Shown: positions 42,441-51,751, counted from the first letter of the stretch. The stretch is 64,000 nt of DNA from an uncultured Acetatifactor sp. (GCA_934433135.1 CAKRZO010000003.1:113511-177510); one strand, 5' to 3'. The notes: a model not told the origin generated them from the letters alone. Numbers and translations are program-made.

Positions 42441-42516
42441 CTATGCTCCTGTTCCTTATTTCTCTTCGTCAAAACCAAATTGACCCCAATGTCTGAACCC
42501 TGCTTACGAGGGCTGT

Positions 42517-43599
42517 CTAACGATCCATCTTCCAGGCTTTCTTCTCATGGCGAAGCGGTTCTTGAAACCGTCCTTCCATGCAGCCGCCCTTTTTCTCCAA
42601 CATACTGACGCAGGCACGGATGCATCCGCCGCATTTGGCCATATTGTAGCCGACCCAGCTGGGAAAATATTTTTCCAGCGCGGTATAGACTTTCATGACT
42701 TCTTTTTCATTGGCCTGATCCGTCACACCTTCCAGAAGGTCTAACATTCCGTTTTCATTTTTATCAAAGACTTCTTTGGGAACAAAAGGATTGTAGTATC
42801 TTCCGCCATGAGTGTAAAAGGCATAGCAGCGCCACATATCAATGTCTCCCCATTCACAGATCTTTCCCGCCAGATTGACGCGAATGGTCTTGCCGGAATG
42901 GATGGCCGGGATACAGGAACCGGGGCATTCTCTGACACAGGCTCCGCAGCGGCGGCAAAGAGGCTTTCCGCTGTACATTTCGTCATATTCCAGTTCGGCA
43001 TCGGTAAAAATAAAGGCTACTCTCTGGAGAGGCCCGAATTCCGGTGTCAGGAGCATTTTACTCCAGCCGATTTCTCCCAGGCCGCAGGCCACCGCCGCCA
43101 GACGGAACTGAAACTGCAAATCCGGCGGAACCTTATCCGGGCTGACTTCTCTGGTATACTGCACGCTTCTGTGGTGCGCGGTTTTCCCTTTCGCATGCTT
43201 GCTGACTTCAATCTGTTCTTCCGGCGACAGGGTATTTCCCGGACTTCCGTCCATATCGGATACCGCGCCTCTGGCACCGGTGTTCCGGTACACCACTGCC
43301 TCATACCCGGCATCTTCAATCACTTTTCCCACATGGTACAATACAGCCGGCGCGTAAATTTCGTTGATGCCGCCGTAAGCCATGGACGGATACTGATAAA
43401 ACTGGGTTCCCTCTTCAATTCCTCTTTGCACTCCTCTGGGAATGCGGAATGCAAAACCGATGACACTCTTTGCATGCGGAAACAGATATCTGGGATCCAT
43501 TTCCGGCGGCGCCCCCTCAAAACGGGACATGGGTCCGATGCCGCATTTATCCGCTCCTGCCTCGTATGCCGCCTGCTTGATCCTTTCACTTGTAAGCAT
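42517..43599 (-). CDS. QueG/RdhA-superfamily Fe-S protein, paralog 3
   Basis: AAVACGLGE...CRRCGACVRECPGSCI. 360 aa. The N-terminus resembles the QueG N-domain. Confidence 0.6.
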   Translation of the reverse strand: MLTSERIKQAAYEAGADKCGIGPMSRFEGAPPEMDPRYLFPHAKSVIGFAFRIPRGVQRGIEEGTQFYQYPSMAYGGINEIYAPAVLYHVGKVIEDAGYEAVVYRNTGARGAVSDMDGSPGNTLSPEEQIEVSKHAKGKTAHHRSVQYTREVSPDKVPPDLQFQFRLAAVACGLGEIGWSKMLLTPEFGPLQRVAFIFTDAELEYDEMYSGKPLCRRCGACVRECPGSCIPAIHSGKTIRVNLAGKICEWGDIDMWRCYAFYTHGGRYYNPFVPKEVFDKNENGMLDLLEGVTDQANEKEVMKVYTALEKYFPSWVGYNMAKCGGCIRACVSMLEKKGGCMEGRFQEPLRHEKKAWKMDR

Positions 43600-43616
43600 T
43601 TTTTCTCCTTCCTGCC

Positions 43617-43672
43617 TGCTTTCCTCTTGCTGCTTTCCTCTTGCTGCTTTCCTCTTGCTGCTTTCCTCTTGC
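43617..43672. repeat. Perfect 14-bp tandem repeat x4 (TGCTTTCCTCTTGC; coding-strand GCAAGAGGAAAGCA)
   Basis: Ends 17 nt upstream of the paralog-3 start codon. Each unit carries a Shine-Dalgarno-like AAGAGGAAAG. Confidence 0.85.
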
Positions 43673-43731
43673 TTCTTTCTTCCTTTTTCCTGTCCGTTGT
43701 CTTCTCTTATTCCTGTTAAGACATGCCGTTT

Positions 43732-44748
43732 TTACGTATCTTCCCGACCTGTACCGTAGATGCTTTCTATGTTCATAAACGCATTTTCCCAGTTTGTATA
43801 GCTTAATTTATCATTCGAAAGCTCACGCTCGATTTTGCGGTTTTCCAAAAGATACGGATAAAACAGCCCTGTATGATTGGGTTCCAGCAGATCCAGCGTA
43901 CTTCCGCTGTAGCTGTGATCCTTCAGGTAAGCTTTTAAGATTTTTACCGGGCAGGAGCTGACTCTGGTCGCCAGCTTCATCGCCGGAAACAGACCCTCAT
44001 ACAGAGAAATATCCTCCGGGCGGATAAAGTTCGTCCGCTCCAGCAAAGCTCGCGCATTCCCTTCTTTTTTCAGATAGGTTCTGCAGATTCCTTCGAAAGC
44101 ATAGCCGTTATCCATAGACGCAATCTCGCTTTCATGCGCCACCAGATTATCATGGAACACATGGGCGGAACAATGATTCAGGCAGCCGCTGTTGGCCAGT
44201 GCATACAACATTTTTCCGTTTTCGTCGCACCACTTCTTCAGTTCCTTTATTTTACCGAAATCACGATTATACTCTCTCTTTAAATAGAAGCTGTCAAAGC
44301 AGTCCTTCACATAGTCCATTCCTTCTACGGTTCCGATAGACATATTGACAGAAGCTCTGACATCCAGCTCTTTAAAATTATCCTTGATAAACCGGGCAAT
44401 TAAAAGCGAGGTTGTCGTGATGCTCTGAAGACCGATCTTGTTTTCCAGATAATCCACAGTCTCTCCCACCTTATCAAAAAAGACTCTGGACTGGCTGTCC
44501 CTCCCGTAGCACATGGCATTAAAAAGGAGGTTGAACCGAATCCCTTGCGCAGAAAGTCTGACCAGATCTTCCTCCTGCCTGGCAAGAGCCTCCCAGGGCG
44601 TCATGTCCGTGCGATTCTGCTGCCTGTTGCGCCCGTTGGCAAAATCTCCCCAGGCAAAATAGACTTCATGAATCTGATCTTTCCATGTAAGGATCGTCTC
44701 CAAAAGATCCGACGACTGCCTTAACTGATATCCTACTGAGTATTTCAT
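43732..44748 (-). CDS. U32-family (RlhA/TrhP/UbiU-like) protein, putative Fe-S O2-independent hydroxylase homolog
   Basis: Blockwise resemblance to the peptidase-U32 core (EVYFAWGDFANGR versus ADAVYIGLKDDTNAR; LYALANSGCLNHCS versus FAFGSLCIMSEGRC). Assignment is tentative. Confidence 0.4.
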   Translation of the reverse strand: MKYSVGYQLRQSSDLLETILTWKDQIHEVYFAWGDFANGRNRQQNRTDMTPWEALARQEEDLVRLSAQGIRFNLLFNAMCYGRDSQSRVFFDKVGETVDYLENKIGLQSITTTSLLIARFIKDNFKELDVRASVNMSIGTVEGMDYVKDCFDSFYLKREYNRDFGKIKELKKWCDENGKMLYALANSGCLNHCSAHVFHDNLVAHESEIASMDNGYAFEGICRTYLKKEGNARALLERTNFIRPEDISLYEGLFPAMKLATRVSSCPVKILKAYLKDHSYSGSTLDLLEPNHTGLFYPYLLENRKIERELSNDKLSYTNWENAFMNIESIYGTGREDT

Positions 44749-44936
44749 GACGGTTCCCTCCTGCTCCTTTATCCGTTAAATCAGGATAAGCTTATGACTA
44801 TATCAATATTAAGCTGTTATCAAACGGTTATGGCTTGATTATATAAGAAATCCATGCTAAAATGTACGAAATACCAAAGGATTCATATAAGAAAACAAAG
44901 AATTTTAAAGAAAGAAGCAAAGGAAATCCATAGAAA

Positions 44937-45785
44937 ATGAAACTTTCCGATTTAAATCCGCATATCCGCTATGCGGCTACCCATTATAATTTTCTCCGTA
45001 AACCTTTTGACAGCATCTGCTATGACTGCCGTTTTTTTTATGTAAAAGAAGGAAACGGTACGGTTACCGCTGATGGTGAGACCTATTCTTTTTCCGAAAA
45101 CTGTGCGATTTTTTTCCCGCCCGGCACCAGATATCACTTCGATCCGGACAAAGTCTGCCGCAGTCTGGTTATGCAGGTCTTTAATTTTGATCTGATTAAC
45201 GATTATTCTTATTTGGAAAACTCTCTCGGAACAGTGAGTGAAGCTTCTTTTGAAAAAGAAAAACTGATTGCTTACGAAATGCCGGAAGAGTTAAACCGGA
45301 TTCTGTTCAAAAAAACGGCTTCCCTCCAGGAACTTCTGGATTCCTGTGCCCGGGAATTTCTGCTGCAGAACGATTTTTTCAGGGAGACTTCTTCTGCTTT
45401 GTTAAAACTTGCCCTGCTTGCTTTTCTTCAGGCAGGAACCGCAGAGGCGGAATCCGACAAAATTAAGCCTGTGCTGGAATATATCCATACTCATTATCAG
45501 GATCCGGATTTGAATAACGCTTCCATTGCGCAGTATTTTAGCTACCATCCCTATTATTTGAGCAAGCTGGTGAAGCAATACACCGGCCGGACACTTCATC
45601 AGTACCTGACCGACTGCCGCCTCCGTGCAGCCAAAGAAAACCTGATTACCACGAATGATTCCATCCATACCATTTCGTGGAAAACAGGTTTCCGTTCTGC
45701 TGCTTATTTTGTCAAAACCTTTAAGGAACACACCGGTACGACGCCCGCCGCCTACAAAAAGGAACACATACCGTTCCTGTTCTAA
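44937..45785 (+). CDS. AraC-family transcriptional regulator (cupin-like N-domain + AraC HTH), divergent from the U32/QueG-like operon
   Basis: C-terminal HTH_AraC (IHTISWKTGFRSAAYFVKTFKEHTGTTPAAYKK). Confidence 0.85.
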   Translation: MKLSDLNPHIRYAATHYNFLRKPFDSICYDCRFFYVKEGNGTVTADGETYSFSENCAIFFPPGTRYHFDPDKVCRSLVMQVFNFDLINDYSYLENSLGTVSEASFEKEKLIAYEMPEELNRILFKKTASLQELLDSCAREFLLQNDFFRETSSALLKLALLAFLQAGTAEAESDKIKPVLEYIHTHYQDPDLNNASIAQYFSYHPYYLSKLVKQYTGRTLHQYLTDCRLRAAKENLITTNDSIHTISWKTGFRSAAYFVKTFKEHTGTTPAAYKKEHIPFLF

Positions 45786-45794
45786 CTTCTATTT

Positions 45795-45977
45795 TTACTT
45801 TTCATAACGAACATCGTCTACGAGTGCCTGGACATCGTCTTCACTGTAAATTCCCATCTCATCAGCAGCTCCTGCAAAGGCAGCCTGCGCTTTACGTATT
45901 GCTCTGGCGGAAGCATTGCTTATAACAATCTCGCCATCCTGTTTTTGGGAAAATAAAATTTTGCCATCTAAATTCAT
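45795..45977 (-). CDS. Small hypothetical protein (60 aa)
   Basis: ORF only. Confidence 0.25.
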   Translation of the reverse strand: MNLDGKILFSQKQDGEIVISNASARAIRKAQAAFAGAADEMGIYSEDDVQALVDDVRYEK

Positions 45978-46016
45978 TAAATTATTCTCCTTTTTTCTTG
46001 AGTTCTAAAGTCTCCT

Positions 46017-46742
46017 TTATCGGTCTTTACTTTTGCAGTAAAGAATTGCTATGACAGAGCTGAAAAGCGTCGCCGCCAGAGACGGTGCTATGATGGAAGC
46101 AGGGTTGGCGCTGCCGTACTTGCTACGATAGGCAATCATATTGACAGGAATCAGTTGCAGAGAAGAAATGTTTAAAATCAGGAATGTACACATCTCGTTG
46201 CTTGCTGCCCGCACCTGCTTTGCGGTCTTCCATCCTTTTCTCCGTGTTTTTGGGGTGTCGTATGCATTCACCTTCTGCTGTTCCTCTTCGGAGTCCTGCG
46301 CTTTTTCAACTGTTTGCGAGGCAGATGCATTTGTCTCTTCCCCCTGATCCTGGTACTGGGGATTTCCCCGTTCCCGTTCCAACTGCGCCAGTGCCTCCAT
46401 AGCCTTCAGCCCGGCAGGCGTACAGGCCCAGCCGAGTCCCAGTACATTGGCCACAAGGTTCGTTGCAATATATTCTCTTGCCGGATGTTCTTTGGGAATC
46501 CGCGGAAAAAGGAAATTCAGAAAAGGTCCGATCCCTTTCGTCATGCGTAAAATCAGTCCCGACTCCTGTCCGATCTCCATCAGCCCCATCCAAAAAGCCA
46601 TAACGCCGGCCATGGTAATACATAAAGAAACCGCTTCTCCCGCGCTGTCAATTGCAGCGCTTGTGATTGCACTCATATTTCCCGTAAAAACACCGTAAAC
46701 AATCCCTACCAGGATCATAAAAGCCCACAGATAATTCAGCAT
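46017..46742 (-). CDS. spmA: Spore maturation protein A (nucleoside-recognition domain) with a hydrophilic insertion of about 70 aa
   Basis: SpmA-like TM regions interrupted by the acidic segment ERERGNPQYQDQGEETNAS... Confidence 0.65.
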   Translation of the reverse strand: MLNYLWAFMILVGIVYGVFTGNMSAITSAAIDSAGEAVSLCITMAGVMAFWMGLMEIGQESGLILRMTKGIGPFLNFLFPRIPKEHPAREYIATNLVANVLGLGWACTPAGLKAMEALAQLERERGNPQYQDQGEETNASASQTVEKAQDSEEEQQKVNAYDTPKTRRKGWKTAKQVRAASNEMCTFLILNISSLQLIPVNMIAYRSKYGSANPASIIAPSLAATLFSSVIAILYCKSKDR

Positions 46743-46937
46743 TCCGAAGCCATGCCTTCCCGCTGATTTTCTCTTGTTGACATTTTATGCAACCTGAAAT
46801 ATTCCTATTCCCACTTTCCCTTTTCGGATTTCTTATCCCTTGCCTTTTACACTGCAATTTGCTTCTGAGTGAAAACGAATTTCTCCTATGGCAAAAAAGA
46901 AATTTCCTTCGCGGCAAAGTTGCCCGAAAAAAGAGAA

Positions 46938-47594
46938 TTACGGTACAATGTTTATGCTTTCCGCACTTTTCGAAAAGTCTTCCACCCAATCCCCGGTCAT
47001 ATCCGTATACGTGAAGGTATAAAGGTGATCGGCCCGGATACCTACAATCAGCTGCCGAATTTCATTATTTCCCAGATCGGCGGAAAAGGAATATCGATAA
47101 GCCGGATATCCGGATATCTCTGTGATTTCAAACAAAGTATCCGTAATTTTTACCTGGGTATGAAAAGAGGCCGTGTAGGTTTCTTCCAATGCCTGATGCA
47201 GATCGCTCTGGGTCAGAGAGGAAATCTCCGTGCTGTCGGCAGACGACAGTTCCTGAACATTCATGCTCACACTGGAACCGTCTTCTGCTTCGTAAAAGCA
47301 GATAAACCCTTCCGCATCCCGGCTCTCAAAATCCTTCGGAAGACAGAATTCATATCCGCCTGCGGAACGGATATCATCGGAAGTGCCCGCTGCGGAAGAA
47401 CGGATATCCTCCGAAACAACAGAGGAAGGGCGAATATCTTCTCCTGAAACCACACCAGAAGATGCGATGCTGCCGGAATCACTGGAAAGCTGACCGGAGC
47501 AGCCGGTAAGAAGAAGCATCAGTAAGCAAGGCAAAAAAAGGTTACAAACAGTAAAATGCTTTTTCCTCAAAGACCTGATTTTATCCATTTTCAC
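46938..47594 (-). CDS. Lipoprotein with EDIRxS repeats, unknown function
   Basis: Lipobox LLTGCSG. Confidence 0.5.
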   Translation of the reverse strand: MKMDKIRSLRKKHFTVCNLFLPCLLMLLLTGCSGQLSSDSGSIASSGVVSGEDIRPSSVVSEDIRSSAAGTSDDIRSAGGYEFCLPKDFESRDAEGFICFYEAEDGSSVSMNVQELSSADSTEISSLTQSDLHQALEETYTASFHTQVKITDTLFEITEISGYPAYRYSFSADLGNNEIRQLIVGIRADHLYTFTYTDMTGDWVEDFSKSAESINIVP

Positions 47595-48783
47595 TCCTTC
47601 CTCCGTCTATCTTCAGAATTTCCTCTTTCAGAACGTTTCTGTCCTGATCGGTAAAGCGAACCGTAATTTCCTTTTCCGAAAACGTAAGCGCTGTTCCGAT
47701 AAAACCTCTGGTAAGATCCGAATTTGCAGTCGGTTCGGCTCCCACAATGACCGGACAGGGCTGACCTTTATGGTCCCGCGAACTCCCCGGCAGATCGACT
47801 CTGCAGAAATGTTCATGTCCGCAAAGCATAACCTCCGGATGGACATTTTCCCGCAAAAGCCGTGACCATTCTTCATAAATGGCAATATCCGTATCAAAGG
47901 GCTCTTCCGGCGTAAAGGTAAAGGGAACATGGCAGACAATGATCCGGTGCCGTACATCCGGCGCCTCATATTCCGCCTTAGCATGCAGAATCAGTTCTTT
48001 CAGATAAGCCGTCTGCTTTTTACGGAAAGCTGTACAGGCAACCGTTCCGCCGTATTCCGGATGCGTGTCATCTTTATCTTCACCGCAGTCCAAAACAAGC
48101 CCCCAGATGGAACCTAACCGGAATGTATAGAAAGAAAGACCTGCACGGGTCGGCGTATACTCCGCAAAATTTTCAGCATAAAAGCCCCGCATATCATGAT
48201 TACCCCTGGAAAATACCACCGGTTTTTCGCCGTGAGTAATCCTGGAGGCAATTTTATAAATATCCAGAAAATTCTCGATTTCACCGCTGTGATTGGGAAT
48301 ATCTCCGTTCAGAATCAGGAAATCCAACCGATCCCCCCAGTAGGAACCTGCGGCGATAGCCGGTTCCGGGAAGTTGTGTACATCCGCAATATGATAGGCA
48401 TGGATACAAGTATCGTTTTCACCGGAAGCGGCATTGTCCCTGTCTTTTTCCGGATAAAATTTTACCGGGCAAAAAAAATACTCTTTTTCCACAGGCTCAT
48501 TAAGCTCCGGAAAGTAAGGCTTCCTGTCCACGACTTTCTGGTACACAACGGTATATTTTCCGGCACCGTCCAACTGTTCCATGGGAACGGTTACGCGGTG
48601 CATGCGGGTGGAAGAACGAAGAATCCCATTGGAATCATCGTAATAATTTTCACCGGCAACCCGCACCCACATAATGCCATCCTGTGATACCGGAACCATA
48701 ATCTGATAATTTCTCTCCACCGCAAATACTGCGGGATCTGTCAGCATAAAGTTTTCCATAACGTTCAATCCTCCTACGTTCAA
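47581..48783 (-). CDS. Calcineurin-like metallophosphoesterase
   Basis: GDIPNHSG, GNHD and GHEH motifs. Confidence 0.75.
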   Translation of the reverse strand: MNVGGLNVMENFMLTDPAVFAVERNYQIMVPVSQDGIMWVRVAGENYYDDSNGILRSSTRMHRVTVPMEQLDGAGKYTVVYQKVVDRKPYFPELNEPVEKEYFFCPVKFYPEKDRDNAASGENDTCIHAYHIADVHNFPEPAIAAGSYWGDRLDFLILNGDIPNHSGEIENFLDIYKIASRITHGEKPVVFSRGNHDMRGFYAENFAEYTPTRAGLSFYTFRLGSIWGLVLDCGEDKDDTHPEYGGTVACTAFRKKQTAYLKELILHAKAEYEAPDVRHRIIVCHVPFTFTPEEPFDTDIAIYEEWSRLLRENVHPEVMLCGHEHFCRVDLPGSSRDHKGQPCPVIVGAEPTANSDLTRGFIGTALTFSEKEITVRFTDQDRNVLKEEILKIDGGRSENG

Positions 48784-48854
48784 CGGATATACTGGATATA
48801 TTTTATATCAGCACGAGATAAAAAGCAAGGAGCGGTATTAAACTAATCTTTCAG

Positions 48855-49292
48855 CTAATCTTTCAGGCAGCCAATCGGTACAACTTTCACTCCGCTCTCC
48901 GTTGTATAGGCCATAGGCGCATTCGCACAAATTATAATCAGTGCAGACGGCTCTCTGTATACAGCGCATGGGGGAGCCTCACTTTTTAAAGCCTCTTGGT
49001 TATATTTCCGAATGACTTCCCGGAATTTTAAAAGCGATTTCTCTGCCTCCGGGATTTTATTTGCTCCGGTTTTTATTTCTATTAAAGCATAACGCCCATC
49101 TTCCAGCTGATACACGGCATCTGCCTCTAAACCTGTGTTGTCCGTGTAATGTAAAAGCCTTGCATTATGATTTTCAGCATATACCAGTAAATCCCCTAAA
49201 ACCATATTTTCGAAAACATGACCGAATAAATCCAAATCATTGTTGAAATATTCCGGATTATCATCACAGGCCTTGCGAATCGTTCCCCACAT
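48855..49292 (-). pseudogene. 3' fragment of an AAA+/DUF4143 ATPase gene (N-terminal ATPase domain missing)
   Basis: Only the DUF4143-like C-terminal domain is present. Short tandem repeats lie upstream where the ATPase domain should be. Confidence 0.5.
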
Positions 49293-49345
49293 TTTTACCG
49301 CATCCTGCCATTCATCAAACAGAATCGGTTTCTGATGTTAGTATA

Positions 49346-49456
49346 GCATTTATTAAGCCATTTATTAAGCCATTTATTAAGCCATTTATTCAAGTCATTT
49401 TATGTTTTTCTAGTATTTTATTTTATGTTTTTCGGCTGTTTCATTTTATGTTTTTC
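49346..49456. repeat. Short tandem repeats: 12-bp GCCATTTATTAA x~4, then (C)ATTTTATGTTTTTC x3
   Basis: On the minus strand the 12-mer reads ATGGCTTAATAA (Met-Ala-stop-stop) three times. The last 14-mer unit provides the stop codon of the O-antigen-ligase-like gene. Confidence 0.7.
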
Positions 49457-51273
49457 GAGTGCAGCAAATTCTCCCCCAGTCCCAGTATCACAAACATGGC
49501 GGATCCGTTGAGAATCTGCTGGAAGCTGACCATATTATGTACCAGATAGACAAGTATTGCGGCGGCACAGGCAGCGGTATAAAGGAGCTCTTCTCTTCGT
49601 AAAAAACCTTTCATCCAGCGGATGATGGCGCTGATCTGGGCTCCCGCAAAACCCAGGAAACCAAGCAGACCGGTCTGTACAAGAAGGGTAATCCATTCAT
49701 TGTGCGCATTGGTCAGTCTCACATTTTTTTCTTTAGGCCAGACAGAATAAACCAGATCCTGCAGCTTCTGCGAGGCATCCTGTGCAATGTATTCTCCCAT
49801 ACTATCCGAACCTACTCCGAATAATTTTCGGAAAAAGCCCTGTTCCGCAAAAGCCTGTAGCCCGGCCATCCAGGTAACTCCTCTCCGGCTTCCCCATTCT
49901 TTGGAGAATGTAAAAACCGGATACTTTGACAAAAAGCCGATACTGCCGGGATCTTTGGTGTTTTTTACAATCAGCAGGACAAAAAACATTGCGGCCAAAA
50001 ACAGCCCCAATGCCAGGATGCGGCAAACACCTCGAAGGAAACGAAGCGGATAATATGCCTTTTTCTTCCATACGATCAACAGGATCTGCAGAATCAGAAC
50101 CGGCAGCAACAAAAAGAAAGGAAGATAACTGAATGTGAAAAGATTCACCGCCGCCTCTTCATACGTAAATCTCCCCGGCAGACAGGTTCTTAAGAGGAAA
50201 GTAAACAGACAGGCGGCCAAAAAGTCCCCTGCAATACCGCACAGCGCCTGCATTCGTTCAGGTTTGCGCACCGCAATGAAAAGCAGCAAAATCCCGCCTG
50301 CAGCCAGCGCAAGATAAGCACTGCTGCTGCCGTTGGTGACAAGCGCCGCAAAGGCAAGGAACAGATACAGATGCCACATCCACAGCTTCCGACTACTTTT
50401 GGAACCCCTCCTATCCTTGCTGTTGTCATTCTCTTCTCTGTGCTCCGAAACAGGAGTATCCATTCCCACCACATAGAAGGCTGCGGCAAAAATCGGCAGA
50501 ATCATATAGCCGCAGTACCAGTTAATATTGCCGATAAAGGAAATAAACTGAGGATTCCCCGCTGTTTTCATGGGAACGGGATACCAGCCAAAGCGATTGC
50601 AGTACCCCAGGAAAAAAAGAAGACTCGTTACCGGCAAAAAAAGAGACACCATACCTCCCTTCCACCGAAAGCATCGGGAAATCAGGAAATAACTTCCCAC
50701 AAAAACCATCTGGGTATACCATCCCAGCCCCCATCTGCTGCTGCCCATCCACGCGGTATCGGGATAAGCGGAAAAAAGCGCAGAAACCGTCACGGCAAAA
50801 GCGTAGAGTAGCACAAAACAATCCGTTACGGAAAACCGCCTGCTGATCTTTATCCGGAAGCTTTCCTCCTTCTGCCCACGTCCGCGCAGTTTAAGCCGGG
50901 AAAATCCGCAGGCAGCGGCCCGAACCAAAACCGCCGGAATCAGGAAGCACAAAAAGATTCCGGTTGCCTGCATAAAAAAGCGTACCTTGTCCGAACCGAT
51001 CTTCTGGTAATCCAGGCGGTTGTACAAGGGAAGCGCCGCAATGACAAAAACCAGATAAAGGTCCGTTAAATACTCCAGGATCTTTCCGGAAATCTTTCTC
51101 ATCGCCGACTCCTTCCGCCCCTGTATCTGATCCCGGATTCTTTCCTGCATTTGATTCTGTATCGGATTTCGTATTTGCCCCTGCGCTTCCTCCTGCACTT
51201 GTTCCTGCATTCTATCCTGCGCCTGATTCTGTATTTTATCCTGCCTTCTTTCTTCCTGCGTTGTATCCATCAT
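49441..51273 (-). CDS. O-antigen ligase/polymerase-like (Wzy_C family) polytopic membrane protein
   Basis: More than 10 TM segments. The real start is probably Met58 (ATG 51102, RBS GGAAGGAG). The upstream Gln-rich 57 codons derive from degenerate 15-bp repeats and are probably non-coding. Confidence 0.6.
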   Translation of the reverse strand: MMDTTQEERRQDKIQNQAQDRMQEQVQEEAQGQIRNPIQNQMQERIRDQIQGRKESAMRKISGKILEYLTDLYLVFVIAALPLYNRLDYQKIGSDKVRFFMQATGIFLCFLIPAVLVRAAACGFSRLKLRGRGQKEESFRIKISRRFSVTDCFVLLYAFAVTVSALFSAYPDTAWMGSSRWGLGWYTQMVFVGSYFLISRCFRWKGGMVSLFLPVTSLLFFLGYCNRFGWYPVPMKTAGNPQFISFIGNINWYCGYMILPIFAAAFYVVGMDTPVSEHREENDNSKDRRGSKSSRKLWMWHLYLFLAFAALVTNGSSSAYLALAAGGILLLFIAVRKPERMQALCGIAGDFLAACLFTFLLRTCLPGRFTYEEAAVNLFTFSYLPFFLLLPVLILQILLIVWKKKAYYPLRFLRGVCRILALGLFLAAMFFVLLIVKNTKDPGSIGFLSKYPVFTFSKEWGSRRGVTWMAGLQAFAEQGFFRKLFGVGSDSMGEYIAQDASQKLQDLVYSVWPKEKNVRLTNAHNEWITLLVQTGLLGFLGFAGAQISAIIRWMKGFLRREELLYTAACAAAILVYLVHNMVSFQQILNGSAMFVILGLGENLLHSKNIK

Positions 51274-51334
51274 GTATTTAATTCTCCGTTCTACTGACCT
51301 TTTGACGTCAGCAGGCTATGATGAACTTCTTCAT

Positions 51335-51368
51335 GTTTGACCTTTTGACCCAGGTATCAGGTTATGTA
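51335..51368. mobile_element. Solo-end fragment of the MITE family (TTTGACCTTTTGACCCAGGTATCAGG)
   Basis: Matches the reverse complement of the MITE 5' TIR (GACCTTTTGACCCTGATATCA). A further partial GACCTTTTGAC lies at about 51295. Confidence 0.45.
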
Positions 51369-51454
51369 ATGATGCCGGAGGCAGAATTTGTACTGCCTCT
51401 GGCACCATCAGTATAACGCATACAACTCAGAAAGACAAGAACAACCGTGTACCT

Positions 51455-51751
51455 TTACAGAGTTCCCGAGGTAAAGAGGTTCTTCACATGTTCTACCTCT
51501 TCTTCGGTTGCTTTGCTTGCCGGTACATAATAGGATTTTTCTCTTGCAATGGTATACAGTTCTTCCTGGGACTGCTCGCAGGCATTGCGAAGCTGCTTCA
51601 GGCACTGCTTCAATTCCTTATTTTCCGTCTGCGGAATCATTTCTGCGTAACGAACCAATTCTCCGTTGATTCCGGCCAGCGTATCCGCTACCATGGTTTT
51701 TTCATTCATCTGCTTTTTCCCTCCGATTCGTGATATTTTTATTTCTTCCAT
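51455..51751 (-). CDS. Spore coat protein, CotF-like
   Basis: Coat_F-like helical protein. The likely start is the internal MNEKTMVADTLAG. Confidence 0.45.
   Translation of the reverse strand: MEEIKISRIGGKKQMNEKTMVADTLAGINGELVRYAEMIPQTENKELKQCLKQLRNACEQSQEELYTIAREKSYYVPASKATEEEVEHVKNLFTSGTL

Noticed and set aside
49441-51273. Gln-rich 57-residue N-terminus of the O-antigen-ligase-like protein as a functional domain
   Set aside because: It derives from degenerate DNA repeats. A strong RBS plus ATG sits at the start of the first TM helix, so the long form is probably an ORF-calling artefact.
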